Shown: positions 29,067 to 38,480 of the stretch, piece by piece
Layout of the letters: each line of letters begins with the position of its first letter
Position numbering within the stretch: the first letter of the stretch is position 1
From: an uncultured Clostridia bacterium
Lineage (GTDB): Bacteria; Bacillota; Clostridia; Oscillospirales; Acutalibacteraceae
Direction of reading: 5' to 3'
Assembly: GCA_947585965.1 (NCBI GenBank)
Contig: CANPXK010000002.1
Coordinates: 439-64,438 of the forward strand
Length of the DNA stretch: 64,000 nt
Position numbers and translations under genes: made by a program
The notes under the pieces: model-generated
What the model was told of the DNA's origin: nothing
The model's input: the letters and a program-made list of their open reading frames with translations, nothing else
Database searches by the model: none

Positions 29067-30863
29067 ATGAAAGAACTCGAATATCCGTTTGAAAGTGATT
29101 ATATAATTAAAAAGAAAAAATCGTTAAGGCGTGCTCTCCTTGCCGATGGCAGGGAGAGACTCAGAAAAAAAATAGCCGTATTCGGCGGCTCGACAACACA
29201 TGATATTATAGTTTATCTTGAACTGTTTCTGCTTGATCAGGGAATCGAGCCGGAATTTTATGAGTCCGAATATGCACAATATTGGCAGGACATCATGTTT
29301 CCGAGTGAGGAGCTTCTGGATTTTTCACCGGACCTTGTATATATTCATACGACAAGCCGCAATATAGTGAATTATCCCACAACTGCGGAAAGCAGGGAGC
29401 AGGTTGAAGAAAAGCTTCAGAGGGAATATGCAAAATTCGAGCAGATGTGGAAGAAGATAACGGAAACATATCATTGCCCTATTATACAAAATAATTTTGA
29501 AATGCCGTTCTACAGGCTTATGGGAAATAAGGACTGCTCCGACTACAGAGGCCGCTCTAATTTTGTGAGCAGGCTGAATGGGTTATTTTATGATTATGCG
29601 GAAAAAAATGAAGGCTTTTATATAAATGACATAAATTTCATTTCCGCTTCATACGGTCTTAGGCAGTGGAGTGATCCGTCATACTGGAATATGTATAAAT
29701 ATGCCATGTGTACGGAGGCTATACCTGAATTTTCATTTAACCTTTCTAATATTATAAAATCCGTATTCGGAAAAAATAAAAAAGCACTTGCCCTCGATCT
29801 TGACAATACCCTTTGGGGAGGCGTTGTAGGTGATGACGGTGTTGACGGAATACAGATTGGTCAGGAAACGGGTGTTTCACAATCTTATTATGAATTTCAG
29901 AGCTATGTAAGGTCGCTTAAGGATATTGGTGTTATACTCACTGTATGCTCCAAAAACGATCATGAAAATGCAATAGCGGGTCTTAATCACCCCGAGGGGG
30001 CACTAAAACCGGAGGATTTCATTATAATAAAGGCTAACTGGGAAAATAAGGACAGAAATATAATCGAAACCGCAAATGAACTTAATATTTTCCCCGACTC
30101 TATAGTATTTGCCGATGACAATCCGGCTGAAAGAGAGATTGTACGTGCACAGGTTCAGGGTGTTGCAGTGCCGCGGATGGACGGTGTTGAAAATTATATT
30201 ATTAATCTTGACAGGGGAGGATATTTTGAAGTTACCAATTTCAGTGCGGATGATCTGAAAAGAAATGAGATGTATAAGGCTAATGCCGAAAGATCCGCTC
30301 AGCAGGCATCCTTTGCCGATTACGGCGAATATCTGTTAAGCCTTGATATGAAGGCTGTTATTGATGATTTCATACCTGTTTATCTGCAAAGAATAACGCA
30401 GCTTACGAATAAGAGCAACCAATTCAATGTTACAACAAAGCGTTATACCGCAACCGAAATGGACGACGTATATAAGAGCAATGAATATATACGTCTGTAT
30501 GGTAAGCTTACGGATAAGTTTGGTGATAACGGAGTTGTATCTGTGGTCATAGGCAAGATAGACGGAGATATACTCAATATAGATTTATGGATAATGAGCT
30601 GTAGAGTGCTGAAAAGAGATATGGAGCTTGCAATGCTTGACAGGCTTGTGGAGCGTGCGGCTGAAAGGGGTATAAAAACCATAAAGGGGTATTATTATCC
30701 CACAGCCAAAAATAAAATGGTTCGGGAGCTTTTCAATGTCTTTGGTTTTGAAAAGATTGAGGAGGATTCCGAGGGCAATACCGTATGGAAACTCGATATT
30801 GCCGGGTATGAAAAAAAGAACAATGTAATTACAGTTGAAGATAATTCTTCACTTAATAATTAA
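29067..30863 (+). CDS. FkbH-like HAD-IIIC phosphatase / acyl-loading protein with a C-terminal GNAT-like domain
   Basis: LALDLDNTLWGGVVGDDG is the HAD-IIIC DxDxT motif. CSKNDHENA and FADDNPAEREIV are present, as is the C-terminal IMSCRVLKRDMELAML typical of the FkbH family. A GGGGAGG RBS precedes the start. Confidence 0.8.
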   Translation: MKELEYPFESDYIIKKKKSLRRALLADGRERLRKKIAVFGGSTTHDIIVYLELFLLDQGIEPEFYESEYAQYWQDIMFPSEELLDFSPDLVYIHTTSRNIVNYPTTAESREQVEEKLQREYAKFEQMWKKITETYHCPIIQNNFEMPFYRLMGNKDCSDYRGRSNFVSRLNGLFYDYAEKNEGFYINDINFISASYGLRQWSDPSYWNMYKYAMCTEAIPEFSFNLSNIIKSVFGKNKKALALDLDNTLWGGVVGDDGVDGIQIGQETGVSQSYYEFQSYVRSLKDIGVILTVCSKNDHENAIAGLNHPEGALKPEDFIIIKANWENKDRNIIETANELNIFPDSIVFADDNPAEREIVRAQVQGVAVPRMDGVENYIINLDRGGYFEVTNFSADDLKRNEMYKANAERSAQQASFADYGEYLLSLDMKAVIDDFIPVYLQRITQLTNKSNQFNVTTKRYTATEMDDVYKSNEYIRLYGKLTDKFGDNGVVSVVIGKIDGDILNIDLWIMSCRVLKRDMELAMLDRLVERAAERGIKTIKGYYYPTAKNKMVRELFNVFGFEKIEEDSEGNTVWKLDIAGYEKKNNVITVEDNSSLNN

Positions 30864-30881
30864 ATTAAAGGGGATAGAGCT

Positions 30882-31124
30882 ATGGATTCTAAGACAATTT
30901 ATGCAAGATTGAATAAGGTGTTCAGAGATGTGTTTGATGATGACGATATTACGGTAAATGCAAAAACTACCGCAAACGATATCGAGGACTGGGACAGCCT
31001 TGAACATATAACGCTTATGGCGGCTGTTCAGAAGGAATTTAAGGTAAAGTTTTCAATGGGTGAGATTGCATCCATGAAGAATGTCGGAGAAATGGCGGAT
31101 ATCATTGCAAAACGTGCTAAATAA
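30882..31124 (+). CDS. Acyl carrier protein (stand-alone, polysaccharide-locus type)
   Basis: The protein is 80 aa. DWDSLEHITLMAAVQKEF contains the DSL phosphopantetheine-attachment serine. An AAAGGGGA RBS precedes the start. Confidence 0.85.
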   Translation: MDSKTIYARLNKVFRDVFDDDDITVNAKTTANDIEDWDSLEHITLMAAVQKEFKVKFSMGEIASMKNVGEMADIIAKRAK

Positions 31125-31142
31125 TGAGTGTTGTTATTTTAG

Positions 31143-31178
31143 AGGGGCTTTCCGATAATACGGACGGCTCCTTTTTTT
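31143..31178 (+). terminator. Rho-independent terminator after the ACP gene
   Basis: An interrupted stem AGGGGC..CCG pairs with CGG..GCTCCT and is followed by T7. Confidence 0.65.
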
Positions 31179-31188
31179 GATATGGGTA

Positions 31189-31233
31189 TAAAAATCGACA
31201 GCCGCACAGGTCTTAGTCCCTATGCGGCTGTCG
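31189..31233 (-). terminator. Rho-independent terminator after glgP
   Basis: An 11-bp stem CGACAGCCGCA pairs with TGCGGCTGTCG. The U-tract is on the minus strand (A-run 31190-31194 on +). Confidence 0.75.
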
Positions 31234-31254
31234 GGTTATATGCCGGTTTATTGA

Positions 31255-33666
31255 TTATTCAAGAATTACAGGTTTAGCATACCAGATCGTATCGGCATAA
31301 TCTCTTATGCTGCGGTCGGCGGCAAATCTTCCTGCTTTAGCTATATTTATAAGCGACATTCTGTTCCATGTGTTCTTTTCTTCATAAAGACGTGATGCCT
31401 TTTGCTGGGTATTGGCATAATCCGCAAAATCGGCAAGAACCATATACGGATCGGAGGTTGAAAGAGAATGTGCTATTTCACTGAAGCGATCCCCGAATTC
31501 CGCACAGATTCCGTCAACGGCAGCTTTGATGATATGGTTGTTGTTATACGGGATACTCGGATTATAGCCCTGTCTCTTAAGCTGATTAACCTCGGGTGTT
31601 GTCATACCGAAGATAAGGGAATTATCATCGCCGACAACATCATGTATTTCAACATTTGCACCGTCAAGTGTGCCGAGAGTGATTGCACCGTTTATCATAA
31701 ATTTCATATTTGAAGTACCCGATGCCTCAGTGCCTGCGAGGGAAATCTGCTCGCTTATTTCTGCGGCAGGTATCAGCTTTTCGGCAACCGATACACGGTA
31801 ATCCTCAAGATATACAACCTTGAGCTTTTTGTTTACACGGGGATCATTATTTATTTTGTCTGCAAGCGCTACGATAAACTGAATTATCTGCTTTGCAAAA
31901 TAATAACCCGGGGCTGCCTTTGCGCCGAATATATAGGTTTTCGGTTTGTAATCCGCATCGGGGTTCTCCCTGAGCCACTGATAGGTGCTGAATATATGCA
32001 GGGCATTGAGAAGCTGACGCTTATACTCGTGCAGACGTTTTACCTGAACATCAAAGATAGAGTTTGTATCCACCTTTATTCCGTTATTTTCAAGAATGTA
32101 TTTAGCCATTCTTTCCTTATTCTTTTTCTTTATAACAGCAAGCTTTGCAAGAACTGCGGCATCGTTCTTATATGCCATAAGACCCTCAAGGGCATTTGCA
32201 TCCTTTTTGAATTTATCTCCGATAAGCTCGGTTATAAGATCTGCAAGACCGGGATTTGACTGATTGAGCCAACGTCTGTGTGCGATACCGTTTGTTACGT
32301 TCTTGAACTTCTCCGGTGTTACGGTATAGAAGTCGTTGAACACGGAATCCTTAAGAATTTCACTGTGGAGCTTTGATACACCGTTTACGGAATGTGATGC
32401 GATAACCGCAAGATTAGCCATTTTTACAATGCCGTCATTGATAACAGCCATTCTGCCGATTTTATATCCGTCAATATTTTGCTCATGCATCTGTGCACAG
32501 AAACGACGGTTTATTTCTTCTACTATCTGATATATACGGGGGAGCCTTCTGCGGAAAAGCTCAACTTGCCAACATTCAAGAGCCTCGCTCATAACCGTAT
32601 GGTTGGTATATGCAATGGTGCGTGTTACGATATCCCATGCCTTATCCCAGTCATAGCCGCATTCATCGAGCATAATACGCATAAGCTCGGGAATTGCAAG
32701 AACCGGGTGTGTATCATTGAGATGGATAGCAACAACATCCGGAAGATTATCAAGCGAATTATAGTTTCTGAGGTGGCGCTGGATTATATCCTGAATTGTA
32801 GCAGATACAAGAAAATATTGCTGACTAAGACGCAAGCTCTTGCCCTCGGAATGATTATCCTCAGGATAAAGTACTCTTGTAATGCTTTCCGCAAGAGCCT
32901 TCTGTTCCATTGCGCGTACATAATCGCCTGAGTTGAACAGCTTCATATCAAAGTTATCGGAGGTTGCAGCCCAGAGTCTGAGTCTGCTTACACCCTTGCC
33001 GCCGTCACCCGGAACAAGCATATCATAGGGTGTCGCGATGATTTTTGTTGCATTTTCTATTGCTATGGAATGATGATTACCATGCCATGTTTCGGTCACA
33101 TTTCCGTCAAAGTATACGGGTATGCTCTTTTCGGGGTGAGCCTGCAGCCATACTGCGCCGCCCGGAAGCCAAAAATCAGGAAGTTCTGTCTGCCAGCCGT
33201 CAACAAGCTTCTGACGGAATATACCGTATTCATAGCGGAGAGAATATCCCATTGAGCTGTAGTTCTGTGTTGCAAGACCGTCAAGGAAACAAGCTGCAAG
33301 TCTGCCCAAGCCGCCGTTGCCGAGACCGGCGTCGGGTTCCTGTTCGTATATATTTTCAAGCTTGATATTCATGCTTTTGAGAGCCTGACATACGGTATCC
33401 TCAAGACCAAGGTTATATAGGTCATTTTTTAGAGAACGACCCATAAGAAATTCCATGCAGAGGTAGTAAACGGTTTTGCTCTGCTGTTTTACCGCAGTAT
33501 CACTGAAATCCTTATATTCCTGACGCATGATATCACGAAGAATGAGTGCAATTGCCTTGTAGTAATGTTCGTCAGTTGCATCTGACGGTGTTACACCGAA
33601 GTTATGCGAAAGCTTTGCTATTATGAGCTCTCTTATCTCACTCGGTGTAGGCTTTGACTTTGACAT
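31255..33666 (-). CDS. glgP: Glycogen/maltodextrin phosphorylase
   Basis: The protein is 803 aa. EASGTSNMKFMINGA is the PLP-Lys motif, and GLGNGGLGRLAACFLD is present. Confidence 0.95.
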   Translation of the reverse strand: MSKSKPTPSEIRELIIAKLSHNFGVTPSDATDEHYYKAIALILRDIMRQEYKDFSDTAVKQQSKTVYYLCMEFLMGRSLKNDLYNLGLEDTVCQALKSMNIKLENIYEQEPDAGLGNGGLGRLAACFLDGLATQNYSSMGYSLRYEYGIFRQKLVDGWQTELPDFWLPGGAVWLQAHPEKSIPVYFDGNVTETWHGNHHSIAIENATKIIATPYDMLVPGDGGKGVSRLRLWAATSDNFDMKLFNSGDYVRAMEQKALAESITRVLYPEDNHSEGKSLRLSQQYFLVSATIQDIIQRHLRNYNSLDNLPDVVAIHLNDTHPVLAIPELMRIMLDECGYDWDKAWDIVTRTIAYTNHTVMSEALECWQVELFRRRLPRIYQIVEEINRRFCAQMHEQNIDGYKIGRMAVINDGIVKMANLAVIASHSVNGVSKLHSEILKDSVFNDFYTVTPEKFKNVTNGIAHRRWLNQSNPGLADLITELIGDKFKKDANALEGLMAYKNDAAVLAKLAVIKKKNKERMAKYILENNGIKVDTNSIFDVQVKRLHEYKRQLLNALHIFSTYQWLRENPDADYKPKTYIFGAKAAPGYYFAKQIIQFIVALADKINNDPRVNKKLKVVYLEDYRVSVAEKLIPAAEISEQISLAGTEASGTSNMKFMINGAITLGTLDGANVEIHDVVGDDNSLIFGMTTPEVNQLKRQGYNPSIPYNNNHIIKAAVDGICAEFGDRFSEIAHSLSTSDPYMVLADFADYANTQQKASRLYEEKNTWNRMSLINIAKAGRFAADRSIRDYADTIWYAKPVILE

Positions 33667-33685
33667 AATAAAAATCCCCTTCCTG

Positions 33686-33726
33686 CGGAGAGACTCCGCC
33701 CCGGCGGCGTGCCGCCACTGTAAATT
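33686..33726 (-). other. Two adjacent GC-rich hairpins plus an ATTTACAGTG motif in the glgP leader. Possible short copy of the dispersed repeat family.
   Basis: The minus strand reads ATTTACAGTG-GCGGCACGCCGCC-GGGG-CGGAGTCTCTCCG. GGCGGCACGCCGCC is identical to the hairpin core at 47586-47599. Confidence 0.35.
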
Positions 33727-34024
33727 CGGGACTATACCTTATGCAATGCATTAGGTGAAACAGTCCGAACGGTGCTGTATGTAGTATATTCCATAATGCA
33801 CCTGAATTTAATGGAAATTGTTTACTCATATAAAAACAATATCCATATTATTATAACCCATTCTCAACAAATTTTCAACAGAAATACAGAATATTCTTTT
33901 TTTGTGTTTTTTATGTTTCGCCGGTATATGAATAATTTTAGGTAAAAACAAAATTTCGCTTTTATATTGGTCGAAAATGTATTATAATATCCTTGTATAT
34001 TTATGAAATCAGAGGTGTATTTTA

Positions 34025-34501
34025 ATGGAAGAAAAAATCAAGAACCGTATAAAAATAGATATTGCCGGCACAAGATTTACAGTGTTGAGCGTTGAGGGGG
34101 AGGAATATACAAAAGCCGTAGCCGGCAGACTTAATAAAGAAATAGAGGCTGTACGCAGGGCTGCTTCGGGATTGTCGCTGACATCGGCGGTAATGCTTGC
34201 TTCGCTCAATATATGTGACGCCATGACCAAAGCCGAGGAGGATTCGGACAAGCTGCGCAGTCAGGTAAAGGAGTATCTTAACGATGCCGCAAGGTATCGT
34301 GCGGAATATGATGCGGCGATAAGAGAGAACGAAAAGCTTAAAAAGGATATTGAAACCTACCGCAAAAGGCTCAGCGAAAAGGGCAGAGCAACAGAGCCTG
34401 CACCTGTTTCTCCGGCGGTAAAGACAGTTCGCAAGATAAATTCAAAGGAAGCAGAGGATGAGGAAAATCTGTCATTTTTCGATGCCTCGGATAAGAAATA
34501 A
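34025..34501 (+). CDS. zapA: Cell division protein ZapA
   Basis: The N-terminal ZapA-like segment (IDIAGTRFTVLSVEGEEYTKAVAGRLNKEI) is followed by a coiled-coil tail. Confidence 0.75.
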   Translation: MEEKIKNRIKIDIAGTRFTVLSVEGEEYTKAVAGRLNKEIEAVRRAASGLSLTSAVMLASLNICDAMTKAEEDSDKLRSQVKEYLNDAARYRAEYDAAIRENEKLKKDIETYRKRLSEKGRATEPAPVSPAVKTVRKINSKEAEDEENLSFFDASDKK

Positions 34502-34513
34502 GAGAGTTGCGTT

Positions 34514-36577
34514 ATGAAGGGTCTTGAAATACTTGCACCGGCGGGCAGCATGGAATGTGTCTATGCCGCTGTAAGGTCGGGTGCTGATGCGGTATATCTC
34601 GGTTCAAAAAGCTTCAGCGCACGTTCCTCGGCACATAACTTTGATAATGAACAGCTCGGGGAGGCGGTGAAATATTGCCATATAAACGGAGCCGCCGTAC
34701 ACCTTGCCTGCAATACCCTTGTGCATGATGATGAGCTTAAGGATGTTTTAAAGCTTGTTGAATATGCCTGTGAAACAGGTGTGGATGCACTGATTATGCA
34801 GGATGTCGGACTTATTTCTCTTGTCAGGAAATGTGCTCCCGATATGCCGATACACGGTTCGACCCAGCTTTCCGTTCATACCCGTGCAGGTGTTGAAAAT
34901 TTGTATAAGCTCGGACTTACAAGAGTGGTCCTGTCCCGTGAGCTTTCCAAAAAGGAAATAGAGGAAATAGCAAAGGACTGCCCTGTTGAGCTTGAAGTAT
35001 TTGTACACGGAGCTCTTTGCATGAGTGTATCGGGTCAATGCTATTTCAGTGCAATGCTCGGCTCACGCAGCGGAAACAGAGGAGCCTGTGCCCAGCCGTG
35101 CAGACTGCCTTTTTCATCGGGCGGCAATTCGGATTATGCTTTGAGTCTCAGGGATCTGTCCATTATAGAACATCTTCGAGAGCTTGAGAGTATGGGGATA
35201 GCATCCGCAAAAATTGAGGGCAGAATGAAACGCCCCGAATATGTTGCCGCCGCGGTTTCAGCGTGTCGTCAGAGTCTTGACGAAGGGAAAATTTCCCCTG
35301 AGCTTTCCGAAAATCTTAAGGCTGTTTTTTCACGCTCGGGATTTACGGACGGCTATTACACCGGAAAGCGGGGAGCCGATATGTTCGGAATACGCTCAAA
35401 GGAAAACGTTACGGCGGCGGACGGTAAGGTTTTTGCATCTGTCCATGAAATGTATAAAAACGAACGCAGACATATACCTGTTGATTTTACACTTGATATA
35501 TGTGAGGGCGGGAGCAGTCTTACTGTAACTGACAGTGATAAAAACAGCTTTACGGCAAAGGGGGCGGTGCCTGAAAGGGCGATAAAGCTTCCGCTTGATT
35601 ATGACAGATGTGAAAAGAGTATATCCAAAACGGGCGGAACGCCGTACTTTATGCAAAAGCTTGAATGTAACATAGGTAAAGGTTTAACCATGCCTGTTTC
35701 CTCCCTTAATTCTATGAGAACAGCCTGTCTTGACGGATTATCGGAAATAAGAGGAATGACAAAGAGCGTTAAATTTTCCTCAATTACTGTTTCGGAGGCA
35801 GGTACAAGAAAGAATATCAGACCGAAAAATTACAGGGCAAGATTTGCCGACTGCGATATATCGGATAGTTTTCTTGACAGTGAGCTTATTTATGTTCCCG
35901 TCGATACCGACAGCGAAAGACTTAATTCACTAATGGACAGAGGATTTGCCGTAGCCGTGGAAATACCGAGAGGAATGTTCGGGATTGAGAATAATATATA
36001 TTCCCATCTGAAAAGAGTCAGAGCGCTCGGAATAAATGAGGTACTTGCAAATAATGTCGGTGCAGTTGAAATGGCTAAAAAGCTCGGCATGGATATACAC
36101 GGCGGCTTCGGTCTGAATCTTACAAATACGGAGTCGGTAAAATGGGCGGAGGCTCAGGGAATAATTGATGCGGAGGTTTCATTTGAGCTTACGCTTGAGC
36201 AGATATCAAAGCTTGGAGGAATAATGCCGCTCGGTATAATTTCAATGGGAAGACTTCCGCTTATGCTTACAAGGAATTGTCCGGCAAAATGTTCCGGCAG
36301 AAATTGTAAATCGTGTAATTCTGATACGGCACATATAAGGGACCGCAGGGGGATTGATTTTCCCTTATACTGTTACGGAGCCTGTGCGGAAATTCTTAAC
36401 AGCGTACCGCTTATTTTATCTGACAGGAAAAATGAAATCAGGGGAGTTGAATTTGAAGTTTTACGATTCAATGTTGAAAACTCTGTTGAAAAAGAGGAAA
36501 ACTTACGTCTTTATAGGCATAATCTGACACCAAAAGACGGCTTTACAAGAGGATTATACTACCGTGGTGTTGAATAG
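34514..36577 (+). CDS. U32 family peptidase (fused two-module form)
   Basis: GALCMSVSGQCYFSAMLGSRSGNRGACAQPCR is the U32 signature Cys-rich segment. IEGRMKRPEYV is also present. Confidence 0.85.
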   Translation: MKGLEILAPAGSMECVYAAVRSGADAVYLGSKSFSARSSAHNFDNEQLGEAVKYCHINGAAVHLACNTLVHDDELKDVLKLVEYACETGVDALIMQDVGLISLVRKCAPDMPIHGSTQLSVHTRAGVENLYKLGLTRVVLSRELSKKEIEEIAKDCPVELEVFVHGALCMSVSGQCYFSAMLGSRSGNRGACAQPCRLPFSSGGNSDYALSLRDLSIIEHLRELESMGIASAKIEGRMKRPEYVAAAVSACRQSLDEGKISPELSENLKAVFSRSGFTDGYYTGKRGADMFGIRSKENVTAADGKVFASVHEMYKNERRHIPVDFTLDICEGGSSLTVTDSDKNSFTAKGAVPERAIKLPLDYDRCEKSISKTGGTPYFMQKLECNIGKGLTMPVSSLNSMRTACLDGLSEIRGMTKSVKFSSITVSEAGTRKNIRPKNYRARFADCDISDSFLDSELIYVPVDTDSERLNSLMDRGFAVAVEIPRGMFGIENNIYSHLKRVRALGINEVLANNVGAVEMAKKLGMDIHGGFGLNLTNTESVKWAEAQGIIDAEVSFELTLEQISKLGGIMPLGIISMGRLPLMLTRNCPAKCSGRNCKSCNSDTAHIRDRRGIDFPLYCYGACAEILNSVPLILSDRKNEIRGVEFEVLRFNVENSVEKEENLRLYRHNLTPKDGFTRGLYYRGVE

Positions 36578-36695
36578 TTGAAAGTATATATGTTAAAACC
36601 TGTTGAAAGTGTTGAAAACTTATTGAAATCTTTTTTAGAGAAAATAACAACGCTGTTACAGGTGTATTGATAGTAAAGAGAGTGGTATTAAAACT

Positions 36696-37139
36696 ATGAA
36701 TAAAGTAAAAATAAAAAGGCTGAATGAAAATGCGGTGATACCGACAAAAGCAACCTCAGGCTCGGCAGGAGCGGATCTTTACGCTTGTGTGGATAAGCCT
36801 GTAACAATAAAACCGGGTGAACTTGTAAAAATTCCTACGGGTATTGCAATTGAGCTTGACGGAAGTGAGCTTGCGGCATTTCTTTTTGCAAGGAGCGGAC
36901 TCGGGGTAAAGCACGGTATATGTCTGTCAAACGGAGTAGGCGTAATTGACAGTGATTACAGAGGGGAAATATGCGTCGGTCTTTGTAATGTATCGGGTAT
37001 GGAATATACAATAATGCCCGGGGAACGTATAGCACAAATGGTTATAATGCCCGTGGTATGCGCCGTATTTGAGGAAACAGACAGCCTGAGTGAAACGGAC
37101 AGGGGCAGCGGCGGCTTCGGATCAAGCGGAAAGCTGTAG
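36696..37139 (+). CDS. dut: dUTP diphosphatase
   Basis: GSAGADLYA, GVIDSDYRGE and RGSGGFGSSG motifs are present. Confidence 0.93.
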   Translation: MNKVKIKRLNENAVIPTKATSGSAGADLYACVDKPVTIKPGELVKIPTGIAIELDGSELAAFLFARSGLGVKHGICLSNGVGVIDSDYRGEICVGLCNVSGMEYTIMPGERIAQMVIMPVVCAVFEETDSLSETDRGSGGFGSSGKL

Positions 37140-37248
37140 TTTTTGTCGGTTTTTCTGATATTATTAATACATTTTAACAAAATTCGGTGCAATAAAAACA
37201 GGTTTTTTTGTGTTAAAGCAGAAGTTTTAAATGCGGCTGTTTTTTTAG

Positions 37249-37277
37249 TTGAGATTGATATGTTTTGAGAGTATAAT
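37249..37277 (+). promoter_or_regulatory. Putative sigma-A promoter for mreBCD
   Basis: TTGAGA (37249-37254), a 17-nt spacer, then TATAAT (37272-37277). Confidence 0.55.
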
Positions 37278-37350
37278 ATAAGATGTGGGTTAAGAGGAAA
37301 TTAATGGAAATTTATTATATGAACAGAGAAACGAAAAAGGGAGAGATATT

Positions 37351-38355
37351 ATGTTTTCAAAGGATATAGGAATAGATCTCGGTACAGCAAATACACTTGT
37401 ATATATGAAAGGTAAGGGCATAGTAATGCGTGAGCCGTCCGTTGTGGCTGTCGACCTTCGTACGGACAGCGTTGTTGCGGTCGGATCAAAGGCAAAGGAT
37501 ATGATAGGAAGAACTCCGGGTTCGATAGTTGCCGTCCGCCCGCTCAAGGACGGAGTTATTGCGGATTTTGATATAACCGCAACAATGCTTAACAGATTTA
37601 TAAAGATGGTTGTAAAAACGTCCGCATTCAGCAAGCCGAGGGTTATAGTATGCATACCCTCCGGTGTTACGGATGTTGAAAGAAGGGCTGTTGAGGATGC
37701 TGTCCGCAGGGCGGGAGTAAAGCAGGTTGAACTTATAGAGGAGCCTATGGCTGCCGCAATCGGTGCGGGTCTTCCCGTTACTCATCCGGAGGGAAGTATG
37801 GTTGTCGATATAGGCGGCGGAACATCGGAGGTCGCTATAATTTCACTTGATGACATAGTTACAGCCTGCTCGGTAAGAGTTGCCGGGGATAAATTTGATG
37901 AATCCATAATTCAGTATGTCAAAAAGAAATATAATCTTCTTATAGGTGAACGCACCGCCGAAGAAATAAAAATCGGCATAGGCTCGGCTTACCCGTATGA
38001 GGGAGAGGGCAGTATGCAGATTAAGGGAAGAAATCTTATGGACGGTCTTCCGAAAGATGTTATAATAAGTGCGGCGGAGGTAAGAGATGCTCTTGCGGAT
38101 CCGCTTTCCGTTATAATTGAGGCAATAAAGACAACACTCGAACAGACTCCTCCGGAGCTTTCGGCTGATATTATAGATAACGGAATTATGCTTACGGGAG
38201 GAGGGGCGCTTCTCAGGGGTCTGGAACTGCTTGTTGCTCAGGAAACGAGTATGCCTGTCCATGTTGCCGAAAGACCGCTTGACTGCGTTGTTGACGGAAC
38301 GGGAAAACGCCTTGAGAGAAATTCCGGTTCGTGGGGACGTTCAAAAAGAAGATAA
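37351..38355 (+). CDS. mreB: Rod shape-determining protein MreB
   Basis: Actin-fold motifs [27 protein letters not shown] and [13 protein letters not shown] are present. Confidence 0.95.
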   Translation: MFSKDIGIDLGTANTLVYMKGKGIVMREPSVVAVDLRTDSVVAVGSKAKDMIGRTPGSIVAVRPLKDGVIADFDITATMLNRFIKMVVKTSAFSKPRVIVCIPSGVTDVERRAVEDAVRRAGVKQVELIEEPMAAAIGAGLPVTHPEGSMVVDIGGGTSEVAIISLDDIVTACSVRVAGDKFDESIIQYVKKKYNLLIGERTAEEIKIGIGSAYPYEGEGSMQIKGRNLMDGLPKDVIISAAEVRDALADPLSVIIEAIKTTLEQTPPELSADIIDNGIMLTGGGALLRGLELLVAQETSMPVHVAERPLDCVVDGTGKRLERNSGSWGRSKRR

Positions 38356-38373
38356 ATACATAGATCTGATCAG

Positions 38374-38418
38374 GGGTTTCGCTCGGTTTTTCCTCAAAGA
38401 CTTGAGCGAAGCCCTTTT
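38374..38418 (+). terminator. Intra-operon hairpin with U-tract between mreB and mreC (partial terminator/attenuator)
   Basis: An 11-bp stem GGGTTTCGCTC pairs with GAGCGAAGCCC and is followed by TTTT. Confidence 0.6.
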
Positions 38419-38480
38419 GCGGTAGAGATAGGAATTAAGTTTCGTTGGTTTGCGGGGCAAAAGTAAGGGGAGAATGAATT

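Noticed and set aside
37304-37369. A 21-codon upstream ORF ([21 protein letters not shown]) overlapping the mreB start
   Set aside because: It could be a leader peptide, but nothing supports this beyond an AGAGGAAA-like sequence. It is most likely a chance ORF in the 5' UTR.
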